Source of the DNA: an uncultured Nitrososphaerales archaeon
GTDB lineage: Archaea; Thermoproteota; Nitrososphaeria; Nitrososphaerales; Nitrososphaeraceae
DNA length: 64,000 bases
Reading direction: 5' to 3'
NCBI GenBank assembly: GCA_963709405.1
Contig: CAVPXM010000055.1
Location: 352,001 to 416,000, forward strand
The translations under genes were made by a program, and so were the position numbers. The notes under the pieces are model-generated. The model made no database searches, was not told where the DNA came from, and worked only from the letters and a program-made list of their open reading frames with translations. Position 1 is the stretch's first letter, and the number at the start of each line of letters is the position of its first letter. Shown one piece after another: positions 33,718 through 44,948 of the stretch.

Positions 33718-34176
33718 TTGCTGACTTTAAATACAATGAAATACGTAGTATGGAGTAGGAGATTGAATAGAAAATTCGCTGAAAAAACACCAGCAATTGT
33801 AGTCTCTGGCTCGTGCCTAAATTTCGATAAGGAAAGGGAGAAAATAATGGAATTTATAGGAGAATTGGAATGGGGCATACATGCAAGAAGCGAATGCGAA
33901 TGCTCGTCGACTGGAAAAGCGATGGGGTGGGATTTCTTCCAGTTGTACTTTGATCCTTTTTTTGTAGAGAGCCTGCTTGAGGTCCATCCAGAAATAGAGA
34001 AAGAAGAAGGAAGCATGCTAGAGCAGCAATTTGTGTTGTGGTTTGGTAAGCAACTGAAAAGGCGGAAGCTTGAGTATCATCTGAAATTGAATGACATTCC
34101 ATATGAATCGACTTCTGGCTTTAGACTAAATCCTGAATACTATCGTGATGAAAAAGAGCTTGAGGACCTGAGATAA
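33718..34176 (+). CDS. Conserved hypothetical protein
   Basis: Clean ORF co-directional with lysS. Confidence 0.7.
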   Translation: MLTLNTMKYVVWSRRLNRKFAEKTPAIVVSGSCLNFDKEREKIMEFIGELEWGIHARSECECSSTGKAMGWDFFQLYFDPFFVESLLEVHPEIEKEEGSMLEQQFVLWFGKQLKRRKLEYHLKLNDIPYESTSGFRLNPEYYRDEKELEDLR

Positions 34177-34659
34177 AACCTCTCATCGTTCTCTGCCTGG
34201 ATCGTCTTAATCTAAACCAATCGGAATGTAATGAGAATTCAATATAATATATACTATATCTGGATCTCAAACGCCATGTATCTAGAGAGCAAGGGATGGA
34301 AAATACCAAAGAATCTTATTTGAGTGTACTTGAATGAATTCACTATGATCTGTTGAACAACCATTTCTATCGTTACTAATAGTTAGTACGTTTGTCGTCT
34401 GGAATGTGCTTAATTAACATCTTTAATGATAATTCTTGCAGTTAGCAGCTAAATGTGATGGCACAATTTTGCTTCTCGACATTTACATCTTTACGATCTT
34501 CAATAGATCATCTAAAAGAGCATTTTTGATTGATCAGTAATCTGATGATATGTGAATCTTAGGTAATTGAACATGAGGGGTATTTTGAAAAACATGGGCG
34601 GATAGTCGCGATTATCGCAATTCTTATACTTGAGATGTAGTCATATGTTAGAGGCGAAG

Positions 34660-35317
34660 TGGAATACAAATTTTAGACTGTAGAAGCACGTGAACACATA
34701 TCCAAATGCTTATCAATTCTCGATGAGGGTGGAGTAATCGTCTTTCCAACTGATACTGTATATGGTCTAGGCTGTAATCCTTATTACAATGAATCAGTTG
34801 AAAGAATTTTCTGCATTAAAGGCCGCTGCGAGGATAAGCCATTACCAGTTATGGGATCCAATCTTAATGATATCGAAAAGATCGTAGATATGAGTTATCT
34901 GGCGCGATCCCTGGCCCAACGTTTTTGGCCTGGTGCGCTAACTATCATCTCTCCTTGTAAAGACTACAACCTATCAAAAAAAGTCATGGCTGGAGGAAGT
35001 AGCCTGGCCGTCAGAATTCCCGCTAATATATGCGCACAGACTTTGCTGAGGTCATGTAAGTACTTGATAGGAACAAGTGCTAATGTTTCGGGAGCAAACC
35101 GTGTACTAGCCCTTTTGATATTCTATCTTCAGGCTTATCAGGCTTTGATATCCTTTTAGATGGTGGCACATTAGAAAGAGGAATAGAGTCCACGGTTGTG
35201 GAAGTCACCGGCTCGAAAGCAAGGATTCTTAGAGAAGGCGCGATTGAGTTTGATAAGGTTTACAAGGCCATTTCTGAGATCCTGAATGTAAGACCGGAGT
35301 TAAGCCATGAACGTTAA
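34660..35317 (+). CDS. L-threonylcarbamoyladenylate synthase (Sua5/TsaC/YrdC), frameshifted in this sequence
   Basis: FPTDTVYGLG, IKGR...KPL, FWPGALT, GTSANVSG, then LDGG...ESTVV...ILREGAI in another frame. Confidence 0.9.
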
Positions 35318-35834
35318 TCTTATTGCTTCCACTTTTCGCCACGCAGAGGAAGATGCTCGGGATGAACTTGACCAGACTCTAAAAGATTTTGGAGATCATG
35401 CCCCTGAATGCGTACTAAGTAGGATATCAGGCATCGTTTTTGCTTATTCACATATCGATCCATTTGAGGTAATAGGTAAACTCAAACAACTCGTCAAATA
35501 TGAACCATGGAAGGTTCATTACCTTCTAAGGATTCTTCCTATAGAGATGATTTTGCCCACAAGCATAGAGAACATTGTCGCTGCTTCGAGCAATTTGGGA
35601 AAAAAAATACAAGGCGACGAATCATTCAGGATAATGATTGAGAAAAGGCATACATCTCTATCAACCCCTGCTGTGATTGCAGAAGTCGCAAAATTATATA
35701 GTAACAAAGTTTCACTGAAGGAGCCTGATTGGATTATATTAATAGAAATAGTTGGTAATTTCACTGGAATATCGGTTCTAAGGCCGGATCAAGTATTTAG
35801 TTCAATTATAGAGAAACGTAAAAATGCTATCTAA
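35307..35834 (+). CDS. THUMP domain RNA-binding protein
   Basis: SFRIMIEKR and KVSLKEPDWIILIEIVG motifs. Confidence 0.88.
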   Translation: MNVNLIASTFRHAEEDARDELDQTLKDFGDHAPECVLSRISGIVFAYSHIDPFEVIGKLKQLVKYEPWKVHYLLRILPIEMILPTSIENIVAASSNLGKKIQGDESFRIMIEKRHTSLSTPAVIAEVAKLYSNKVSLKEPDWIILIEIVGNFTGISVLRPDQVFSSIIEKRKNAI

Positions 35835-36376
35835 CGATGAGTGCCCCTCGTTCTACAAGATATTTCATAAAAGAAATGTCATCAAAAAGCATGTGGTCTA
35901 TACCTAACCTGGCAGAAATTGTTATTTTCTTCGTCTTATTAGGTTCTAAATACGTGCTATCACCTCTACCATAAAGTCTTTCTATCCTTTTTTTCGCCGT
36001 TATCAAGTCTATCCTTGCTACCAGAATAAAGGATTAAGCAAGCATTGCCGCTATTTGTAAATCCGGCGAAGGCAATTGCATCTGAAACTTGCCTAGTATA
36101 GGATAATCTTAGCAAGAGGTCTATTTCCTCATCTCGTACAAAGACCGTACCCCTCCTTTTAGATTCAAAAGTGACCATCAATGTACGTAGCAAATGCTCA
36201 GCGCCAAAGACTATATTCGCGTTTATTATTTGGATCGAGACTTTAGGGCTGAAGACATTTCTGAGCTCGTTTAATACACTTCCAACCTTTGATAATTTAA
36301 GCGATGGAATAGTAATTATTGAGACAAATTTGCCAGAGATCTTTATGAAACTACTGTTAGATCTGTCAATTGACAA
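35827..36376 (-). CDS. cgi121: KEOPS subunit Cgi121, frameshifted near the 3' end
   Basis: VFGAEHL and EIDLLLRLSYTRQVSDAI motifs; C-terminus ...YLVERGALIVR in another frame. Start approximate. Confidence 0.75.
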
Positions 36377-36392
36377 GTGAATCCTTGAAGTG

Positions 36393-36653
36393 CTATTCCA
36401 TGCCACCATGGACAATTGTGACTATCTTAACTGTATCGCCGGTTCTCACGACGGTATCAACGCCTTCTAGGACTGAAGTATCCATTCCGTTGACTACAAC
36501 TAAGATGTTGCTGCTTTCAATAATTCTTTTTTCTGTCGCATTCGTGTTAAGAAATGCTAGAATCTCTCTAACTGATACCTCAGGACTATCAATAGAAATT
36601 TCCGATTTACCAAGCGCTTTTTTAGCACCTCCTAGAAGGTTTATTGTTATCAA
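36393..36653 (-). CDS. MoaD/ThiS/SAMP ubiquitin-like sulfur carrier
   Basis: Beta-grasp pattern ILVVVNG...GDTVKIVTIVHGG followed by ME. Confidence 0.88.
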   Translation of the reverse strand: MITINLLGGAKKALGKSEISIDSPEVSVREILAFLNTNATEKRIIESSNILVVVNGMDTSVLEGVDTVVRTGDTVKIVTIVHGGME

Positions 36654-36665
36654 TATGTAATATAT

Positions 36666-36893
36666 TTATTCTCGTCCTTCAGCAAGTTGTAGATCCTCTT
36701 CAGATATTGGTACTTCCTTCTCAGAAATCCTATGTAAGTAAGATGTGATGTAACCTGCAATTTTATTTCTTAATACCTTTGATCTAATTGTTGCCAGCTC
36801 TTGTACAGTTTTCTTATTCTCGCTAAAATCAGTTGTGAATTTATCGGGAAATCGCTGTAGTATATCACTTGAGATTCGCCTAACTCGATCCAT
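36666..36893 (-). CDS. rps17e: 30S ribosomal protein S17e
   Basis: FTTDFSENKK and SKVLRNKIAGYIT motifs; likely start MDRVRR. Confidence 0.95.
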   Translation of the reverse strand: MDRVRRISSDILQRFPDKFTTDFSENKKTVQELATIRSKVLRNKIAGYITSYLHRISEKEVPISEEDLQLAEGRE

Positions 36894-37017
36894 ATTATCT
36901 AATGAGACTAGTTTATTGCAGGGTATTTTATCTTTATTATTTTTAAACAAGGCAGCCCTCAAATATTCTAGGCGAGTCCATTGAAGCGAGAGGGGATAAC
37001 TCTGATGAAAAATCAGA

Positions 37018-37401
37018 CTACGATCTTTTTAATGATATTACTTTATTAACATCGCTGTTAAACTGTGCTGTCTTTACGTATTTGATATCAGTATTTATAG
37101 ATGTATCAACATATTGTGTTAGCACGCGCGCCAATTCTGATCTCTCGTCAAGTACATATGTTCTCGAATTTCCTACCTTATAAGCTTCTTTAATGAGCCT
37201 ACACTTTACCAAATGAGGTAGTGACCTTTGAATGCTTCTAAGTGGAATATCCGTAATAGTGCTTATCTCTGACGCGGAATAATCTAATCCCTGATTTAAA
37301 ATAAAGAAGTCCAGTACTCGAGCGTTACAATTACCGAATACTTTTTCTAGCGGTCTATTCTTATCGAAAACAAGCTCGCCGTCAGAACATCTTTCAACCA
37401 T
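37018..37401 (-). CDS. Winged-HTH DNA-binding protein
   Basis: ARVLDFF...DYSASEI...LRSIQRSLPHLV...KVGNSRTY. Confidence 0.8.
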   Translation of the reverse strand: MVERCSDGELVFDKNRPLEKVFGNCNARVLDFFILNQGLDYSASEISTITDIPLRSIQRSLPHLVKCRLIKEAYKVGNSRTYVLDERSELARVLTQYVDTSINTDIKYVKTAQFNSDVNKVISLKRS

Positions 37402-37435
37402 TCAGTTAATTATTATATGTACGTATATAAAAACA

Positions 37436-37453
37436 TGCGCCATTTTTGGCGCA
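37436..37453. promoter_or_regulatory. Perfect 7-4-7 inverted repeat between divergent genes (candidate operator)
   Basis: TGCGCCA-TTTT-TGGCGCA next to a TATA-like TATATAAAAA. Confidence 0.6.
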
Positions 37454-37522
37454 GTATATCGAACCTTGTCATTGTTAGCTGCAGACTTAAATATGCGTCG
37501 ATGAGCATACATTAATCGATAG

Positions 37523-38251
37523 TTGAAGTCTGTTGGGGAATGGCGGAGATGGACTTTGAGGCAGCTGATCGGAAGTGGCGTGCATAATGTTTTGTCCGAA
37601 AATCAAATTCATCTCGAAGCAGGTCGACATTATGATGCAAACCTTGAACACGCCATTCGATCCCTGATGGACAAAGGAATAATCATGTCCTTAGAATCAA
37701 ACCAAGAACGAAGATACGTTGTTAATTTTGACAAACTAGATCAAGCTCAGTTCATTATTAACTCGAGAAGCGATCAGCAAACCGAAGTAATTCAACCTTT
37801 CATGGCTGAACCTGAAGGATACCTATATTGGTTCGACAATGCAGAAAACGAGCGAAATTTTAGAGGGCAGAATACATACAGATTCTATGTCAAGAAGACA
37901 GACAATCTCAATTTCGCAGTTCAACTTGTAGCTAAATCTATGGGAAATGCTAAAACTATCGTGATGGGTTCACTAAATGATTCCGACTCATATATCTCAA
38001 GATTATGGACGGCAACTGTTAACGTATCAAATGAAGCAGAAGATGGTAGCTTCATATTGCAGAATCTTCAAGATAAGGACAGGATTGCATGTGGGAATAA
38101 TAGGCAGCGTGGCAAAATTGCGCTGGACATATTTCGAAAGCTCGGTTATATTCAGAAGATCGGAAGTAAAGGCAACTCTACAAGGTTTAAACTGACAGGA
38201 AAAAAACCATTTGCCATGACCTTGGATGAAATCTTTACTCGGTCTAGGTAG
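37523..38251 (+). CDS. Conserved hypothetical protein, possible wHTH domains at both ends
   Basis: Long ORF with AIRSLMDKGII and LDIFRKLGYIQKIG...FKL segments. Confidence 0.7.
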   Translation: MKSVGEWRRWTLRQLIGSGVHNVLSENQIHLEAGRHYDANLEHAIRSLMDKGIIMSLESNQERRYVVNFDKLDQAQFIINSRSDQQTEVIQPFMAEPEGYLYWFDNAENERNFRGQNTYRFYVKKTDNLNFAVQLVAKSMGNAKTIVMGSLNDSDSYISRLWTATVNVSNEAEDGSFILQNLQDKDRIACGNNRQRGKIALDIFRKLGYIQKIGSKGNSTRFKLTGKKPFAMTLDEIFTRSR

Positions 38252-38278
38252 CATACTACACATTCTGTTCCGTTTCTG

Positions 38279-39062
38279 TCAAATTCTTCTACCTAGGAAG
38301 CTCTCAGAATTAGATCTGAGTTGTTCTGCCATCACACAATATGGGGTTTTTAATAAATAGGCAGCTGAATTTATTACGCTTAATAAGAATGAAGAAGACA
38401 TCGAGGTGAGATTATTAAAGCACCTGAAGTACCTAACCGGTCCATCAGTTTCTACAAGAACCCTCTCTTTGTCTGCTTTCAAGAATGACCCCTTCATTGC
38501 CTTTGAATAGACGAGAGATGGTCCATACGAAACGTAGAGACCCATGTCCATAGCACGTTTTAATTGTTCGTCACTTCCTAAAAACCAATGAAGCAATACA
38601 CCCTTTCAGCTGATAGGTTTTTATAATTTCTAAAACGTAGTCTACTGAATTCCGACTATGAATTGATACCGGCTTACCAATTTTCTCAGCGAAGCTCAAC
38701 ATGGAATTAAAAACAAATTTTTGTCTCTCAAGTGATACACCGTTTCTTGATTGATACGTGGGGTCAACGCCGATTTCGCCTATGCCATCCAAGGTTGACA
38801 AATTCTGCTTCAACAGGTCTTCAAATAATGCAACATCCTCATTCGCAAATTCTGGATGTATCCCTATGAAATGTGTAACAATATCTCTGTTTGCATTTCC
38901 GAATAGGTTAATGGCCCGTATGCAAGTTTCAATATTTACAGTTACCGAGCACGAGTTGATCCTTAGACACCTTAAAGTATTAAGCAAATAATGTAGATAC
39001 GATGAATATTCATTATCTGTAAGATGAATGTGCGCATCAAATAGAAGGTTCTGTGCCATCAA
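38279..39062 (-). CDS. tatD: TatD family hydrolase, frameshifted in this sequence
   Basis: DAHIHL, GIHP, GIGEIG, SIHSR, LHWF and LVETDGP motifs; net +1 shift near 38600. Confidence 0.9.
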
Positions 39063-39320
39063 ACACTAGCTGATGTAAACAGCGCCTATTATTTTGATCT
39101 ATCAAATCTTGAAGGGAAAATGGCATTGATATTATATGTTGGAACACAAACATTTATTGGATTGTAAATAGCGAATGAGAAAAGTTTTTTTCAGTATTGG
39201 TAAAGACTGAGGACGACAAAAAGATACGAGGATACAATGTCCAACAATTGAATGTCTGATGCGGTAGATGAATTCGAAGTACATTAGAAAATGAGTACTC
39301 AGCAAAAGCGCTTTACATTC

Positions 39321-39545
39321 TTAGAGTTTAAGTATGTTTTTAGCTGCTAATCTTATGTCATCAGATTTTATGGTTTTGCGGCCAGCATGAACCGAAAGAT
39401 CGAGTGCTTGAGTTGCGATTTTTTGTGCAATCTCTTCCAATATCTTTCTCAACTCATCTGCAGCTTCATCGCTAACCCTTTCGGCACCAGATTTCTTAAT
39501 TACTCTGTACATACTAGCAAGGCCAAGTTCGGAATTAGAAGACAT
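39321..39545 (-). CDS. Archaeal histone
   Basis: RVIKKSGAERVSDEA...HAGRKTIKSDDIRLA histone fold; start at MSSNSEL rather than the track's 39728. Confidence 0.95.
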   Translation of the reverse strand: MSSNSELGLASMYRVIKKSGAERVSDEAADELRKILEEIAQKIATQALDLSVHAGRKTIKSDDIRLAAKNILKL

Positions 39546-39959
39546 GGTATAGATATAATAAAAGATTTCATCCAAGTTAAAAGCTTTCGAAGCTTGTAGG
39601 GCTGATTGAATACAACCTATTCTCAGTTTGAAAGTATTGAATTTAGAACTGACGAATTTATCTAAAATAGATACATAATGTTTGAAAGAGCTATCGGTCT
39701 GTAATACCTTGTAGTTACTGGTTGACATGAATTTAGCCTTCTGTGTTCGGTTGACCTGGAGGATTAGTATATCCTACTAAAATTGTGATGTGAACTGGTT
39801 TTATGTGACTAATCCTACTTACTCAATCCCTAAATAGCTTTGGTGATTCGGTGTGAACGTTTGGTTGACAACTGGACGCGGACCGTGAAGAACATTCCAG
39901 CTACAATTCTGCCCCTCATTAGAGAAGATTCTATATTGCTCTTTCATTCTGAACAAAAG

Positions 39960-40544
39960 CTAAGCATGATCTGAAAGTCTTTCCGTTCTCTCAATCTCAT
40001 TCGATAACGTGCCCATATCGGTCTTCAGGATTTCTAAGAGACTTTTATTGTAAATAACTGCAGCCGGATGAATTGTTACAAGGTACTTCACTCCATCTTT
40101 TTTCAGTACTCGCCCACGGTTTGCTCTAAATCCGTTTCCGCCGATGAGAGAAGAATACGCCGTTTTACCCAACACGCCAATCAAGTTGGGCTTCAAAAGA
40201 GATATTTGTCTTTCCAGATACATTTTGCATGCTATCTTCTCATCCTCGGCTGGGATCCTATTCCCAGGCGGCCTGCACTTTACTATGTTGGTTATAAAGA
40301 TCTGGGATCTGCTTATTCCGGCCTCTTCCAAAACTTTGTCCAAAATCTTGCCGGCTGCTCCCACGAACGGGCGGCCAAGTTCATCTTCTCTTCTTCCTGG
40401 CGCTTCGCCAATGAGGACTACCTTAAGACGCGATGACCCTTCTCCAGGCACGGCTTTTGTTCTGGTGCGAAATAACCTGCAAAGTCTGCATACTGAGACT
40501 TCTGATGTAATCTTATCTAGAGAATCATCAATAGTACCATCCAC
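39960..40544 (-). CDS. Uracil-DNA glycosylase family 4
   Basis: CxxC, GEAPG, GRPFVG, KCRPP.NR and HPAA motifs. Confidence 0.95.
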   Translation of the reverse strand: MDGTIDDSLDKITSEVSVCRLCRLFRTRTKAVPGEGSSRLKVVLIGEAPGRREDELGRPFVGAAGKILDKVLEEAGISRSQIFITNIVKCRPPGNRIPAEDEKIACKMYLERQISLLKPNLIGVLGKTAYSSLIGGNGFRANRGRVLKKDGVKYLVTIHPAAVIYNKSLLEILKTDMGTLSNEIERTERLSDHA

Positions 40545-40931
40545 TAATTTATTACTATAATAATGTTAGTATACGTGAGGACTACGCCATTCAACTACCG
40601 AGTATCCCTTACCAAGAATCTGACAATATGCCATTTTCCCAAACAATTATTGTCAATTGAGCATAGTTTATGCTATAAATGGCACCAGTATTTTTCTTAA
40701 TTTCTGCTTGTTAGATCAAATCATACGATGTTGCTAGTTTTTCGTAGAAAACTAGTCTGAGGCTCTTTAACAATTGGCAAGAGGAATGAGACAAGTTCTA
40801 AACTATTGGCGTGTATATTTCTACTAGAGAAAGAAATTTTAGGGAATTTAGAACGAAACTTCTATGTTTTTAAACTATAATTTGCTTTTGGATTCTAAAT
40901 ATAATCGGATTGAGTACCATAAGAGAACAAC

Positions 40932-42103
40932 TTGGCTGCATCCTCTTTATTAATAATTATCGTGGTTATAGCAATCGGTAGCCTGTTCTATTCATTCTAT
41001 CACGCAGTAGATAATGTGGTAGCGGCACCAATAAAGGGACCAATATCGGCCTCTTCAGATCCGCAGACTAATTCTTCAGATCCACATAGTAATGCTCCTT
41101 TTCCGAAGAAGCTGCTCTACCACATGGAATGACCCTCAAGATAGTCTCGCCGGCGAAGGGCCAGCGACTTCAAGTTGGTAGTAACCTTACAGTTACAGGG
41201 ACATCTTCAGACAACTCTACAAGCAACTGTCAAGTCTCTCTAATGTTAAATGACTTGAAGCCATATCAAAAGACAACACCAACTGGAAATGGAAGCCACG
41301 CCGGGAATGATTATTCAACCTGGAGGTATGTCATGAATAATAGCAAGTATGGTTCTGTTAAGGAGGGAATAAATAAAATCACATCCAAGTTAACCTGTGC
41401 TGACGTTAATCATTCCGGTGCCACTAATAGCGCATTAACGAAATGGTACAGCGTAAACATAACTGGAATTGCAGCGAAATCAGTCGAACCCGGCCGCCCT
41501 CTCTTGTCAAAATTACCAGTCAATTACGCCTTAAATCGTACGAGCTCTAGCCCAACGTCACCTACTAATTCGAGCAAGGCAAGTTCATTACAATCCGTTG
41601 CATCAGTATACAAACCCATCGAACCTACAACTATAGCAACAAAAACCAATACGACATTACGTACAATGGCAGTCTGGTTAAATGTTGGGAAAGATCCGAT
41701 TACCACCGGGCAGAGACAAACTATTAAAGTTACAGTTACTGATGGTTTAACAGCTTCCAATATTGCTGGAGCAAAGGTGATAACAAGTATTCAACCATTA
41801 TCATCATCTTCTATGGAACGGCAATTTTTCGGATTTACCGGTCCTGATGGCAAGCTATCTAGATCATGGAAGATGGCAGATGAAGGAAAATTTGACACTA
41901 CCCACAATATCTACGCTACAGTAACAGCAGCTGGTTATGAGAACAAATCGATAAGTGGAACCTTTAAAGAAATTTCCCCACAAAATACCTTCCAAAGTGT
42001 TAACAGTAAGGTTGATGACTTATCCAATAAGATCTTTGACGAAGTAAAGAAAGGATTTGATCAGAATGGACTCATTCCAAAGCTTCCTATACCCTTTAAT
42101 TGA
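40932..42103 (+). CDS. Secreted/surface protein with Ig-like domains and a Ser/Thr linker (two ORFs probably one gene)
   Basis: Signal anchor in 40932..41132. A shift in the T-run near 41100 would give SEEAALPHG-MTLKIVSP; V.GTSSDN...C.V...YS.W domain follows. Confidence 0.7.
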
Positions 42104-42526
42104 GAACACTTTGGTGGGCCACCAGTGTGGAAGGCTAAAGAATGGAACAACTAGAATATCACTAATATATTGAGATCGCTTGTGAATACGTATCCTGTTC
42201 ATAAAAGATCAGGAAAGAGCTTTTTTGTGTTATGATAATTCAGCATTTTCGTAACATACGTTGCTATATTCTCCCGCTTTCTACCTCAGAGATTATGTAA
42301 GCCATACGATCTTGTAGCTTTAATTCTTACGCCTACCGAGCACATAATGCCCTTGATCGGGTGAACCTAAAAACGCATCGAATGGAACCTAGTCAGGTAA
42401 AACTTTGTTCCAATATCACAAGTCATGTCCTTAATAAACGCTCGAACGTGTGGAGTGGAAACTTTGATATCAGTCAGACAAGCATGCGAAGCGTTTATTT
42501 TTAATCATGCAAACAGTTCTAATTTA

Positions 42527-42697
42527 ATGAACAAGAAGCTAGTGATAGTGATTATTGCAATAATAGTAATAGTTGGGTTAAGTGCTGCGGTGATTGCAGT
42601 GAATCCCTCAAATACCATCTTACCAATTCCACCACCGATAGAATTGCATAATAAGATTGGGAACAGTTCAAGTCTACGCGAAAAGACCCCTCAATAG
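42527..42697 (+). CDS. Small membrane peptide
   Basis: MNKKLVIVIIAIIVIVGLSAAVIAV signal-anchor pattern. Confidence 0.45.
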   Translation: MNKKLVIVIIAIIVIVGLSAAVIAVNPSNTILPIPPPIELHNKIGNSSSLREKTPQ

Positions 42698-42857
42698 TAC
42701 TTTAAATCCATCTTTGTTCATTTTATCAATACATCACACATCTGCACGTTACATGACATACCGTTGGAGCAACAATGACACATCTTCTAACTATTTTGGA
42801 AGACGATTGGATACACTCCAAGATACCACTGGATCGATCCCCACGCAAAATCCGTAG

Positions 42858-43524
42858 CTATTTTGACTTTCTAACGAGAATATGAAACAAGTTTTGCTCT
42901 CGTCTGATTTCAGAGTACTGGTTGCGAGTGTTGTTCTGACCATCTCATCATTTCTAGATCCGCGGTAACATCATCTGAGACTATATGAATGACGTCGCCG
43001 ATATCCACTTGCTTTAGTAAGTCATCCAACTTTGCGAGGGTAGATGAACACTCGACTCCTACTTCAAACAATTCGTGGTCAGGAAATGCTACAAAGCATC
43101 TGATACGTAATCGTTCTATCTGAGAGCGCACAATATCATGACAATTCTTAATTGTATTAAGATGCTGGATATCAGACACTAATTTATCGCTCTTAATAAT
43201 TGAAAACCACCCAAGAGCGTATGGAGAGTCATTTACAAGTCTTGAATTGCAGGCCAATAATTCGTTGATCTCTACGATCTTACCTGTCACAGGCGATCTA
43301 ACAACACCAAAATATTTGCCGGTTTCTATAGTGCCCAGACTTCGTCCTCTTTTGATATCAGTATTTATCCCTTTCAGGTTTACCTTAGTTAGTTTGCCTG
43401 CTAGCGAGGGTAGAATAGAATTGATTCCAACTCTCACCAGGTATTCACTCTCGACCTTGGCCCATACAAAGTTATCCGGATCGTAGAGCAGATCATCTGG
43501 AAATGAACAATGGTCAACTTCCAT
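42858..43524 (-). CDS. GcvH/LbpA-like lipoyl-carrier domain fused to a TusA/SirA-like domain
   Basis: FPDDLLY..VRVGI..GTIETGK..SPVTGKIVEIN..VNDSPY..GW (H-protein), then GVEC...GDVIHIVSDD..ADLEMMRW. The tail EIRREQNLFHILVRKSK follows a +1 shift. Confidence 0.85.
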
Positions 43525-43633
43525 GTATTATGAAAAACCTCATGCGACGAACCATTACAGGGATATGCAAAGTTAATATAAATATTCCTTAGCGCAGAGG
43601 AATCAAAAGTAAGTCGCAATACTGAAACTTGTT

Positions 43634-44800
43634 TTAACGACGAAAAACACAGTTATTCCTTAATGCCGCATCTAGATTTCGCTCAGACGTCCATTCTCGT
43701 TTGTACGTTTCGTCCTTGAGTTTGAGCCCCTTAAACATTTGAAAGTAAACCTGTTTGATTTTATTTTGTTTTTCGAATTCTGATTGGATCCATAGACTTT
43801 CAAACATAGAGACGTTAAACGACAACGTGGAGTCATCATTGGAACAACTTGCTCCAGCTATCGCTGGTACATGTTCTTTATTGTTTACCTCGCGTCTCAA
43901 TTTAAGCGAAAAAGAGATTGCTTGATCGATTATGATAGTTATGTCCTGAGAATCCAAGCTTTTATAAAGGAAGTTCATGTTTTTGTCCAAATCCTTTTCC
44001 TTCAGTAAGAGTTGTGGGGCTGCGGCCTCTTTATCACTTTCAGAGAAGTCGGTTGCGACATGTATTAGTATTTTTACTTCCAGTCCATTTTGACGCGCAT
44101 TTCTCAGCAAGTCTAAAATGCCTCTATCTCCAATCGATCGAGTGGCCCCCACTGTAGGTAGTATGACAAGTATTTCGTAAATTGCCGCGTTTAGATAGTT
44201 TATACAATATCTAAATATTTGCTCCGGTTCGGTTGTTAGATTAATAATAGTTGCCATTCGATCCCGCTCTATTTGCACAATTCTCTCTTTTGCCGGAACA
44301 GCATTATTCCAAAGGTTGTCAAAAAGGAATTGTTGCATTTCTACAAAGGATCTGTTATTGCTATAAAGTAGTAATTGATGCTCAGTAATCGGCGTTACCA
44401 GTACTTTATTCTGCATCGGATCCTTTACCATTGTTGCAAAGCCCCAATATTGTTCACCGTCGCATAGCGAAAAGCTGACCCTTAGACAGTCTACGTGACG
44501 GACATCACTATTTTTAATAAATTCCTTCCAATAAGTCAGTGTTTCAGGGGTAATCTCTGTTACAAATCTGCAGTTTACCCCTTTGTGTAGCAGATGCTTA
44601 CTCACTTCACAGAGTGTTGAGGACAAATTATTACCAATCGAAGATTTGGATTGAGACGAACGACTCATAGGTACAAAGCAACAATCAAAATAGCGAGCTG
44701 CATTTGAAAGTGTACCAGATAGAAATTTTAAGTAATTGTCTGGACGGATTATAAAACCGGCATTTTGAGAAATTGAGCTCTCGTTTATGGAGGAACTCAT
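43634..44800 (-). CDS. Tandem TrmB-effector-like sensor domains without a kinase domain
   Basis: RFVTEIT..VRH..QQFLFDNLWNNAVPA..RI and a second repeat ending MFESLW; no H-box or ATPase. Confidence 0.65.
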   Translation of the reverse strand: MSSSINESSISQNAGFIIRPDNYLKFLSGTLSNAARYFDCCFVPMSRSSQSKSSIGNNLSSTLCEVSKHLLHKGVNCRFVTEITPETLTYWKEFIKNSDVRHVDCLRVSFSLCDGEQYWGFATMVKDPMQNKVLVTPITEHQLLLYSNNRSFVEMQQFLFDNLWNNAVPAKERIVQIERDRMATIINLTTEPEQIFRYCINYLNAAIYEILVILPTVGATRSIGDRGILDLLRNARQNGLEVKILIHVATDFSESDKEAAAPQLLLKEKDLDKNMNFLYKSLDSQDITIIIDQAISFSLKLRREVNNKEHVPAIAGASCSNDDSTLSFNVSMFESLWIQSEFEKQNKIKQVYFQMFKGLKLKDETYKREWTSERNLDAALRNNCVFRR

Positions 44801-44948
44801 GATATATTTACGACAGTTATTTTAACGTTCCATATAATAAAGGCATATAGTATAAAGATATGATAATTTCACTTGGGCTATGAGTTTTGTGAAAACTGTA
44901 ATAAGTTAGGTCAGTCTATATAATGAGCTATCGTGCTTAGATTATAAT

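Noticed and set aside
39546-39728. Apparent N-terminal extension (tail) on the histone
   Set aside because: The upstream part contains the TATA-like promoter sequence; ATG at 39545 gives a standard-length archaeal histone.
42105-42128. Hairpin after the surface-protein gene as a terminator
   Set aside because: No T-tract follows and archaeal termination does not need hairpins; too weak to call.
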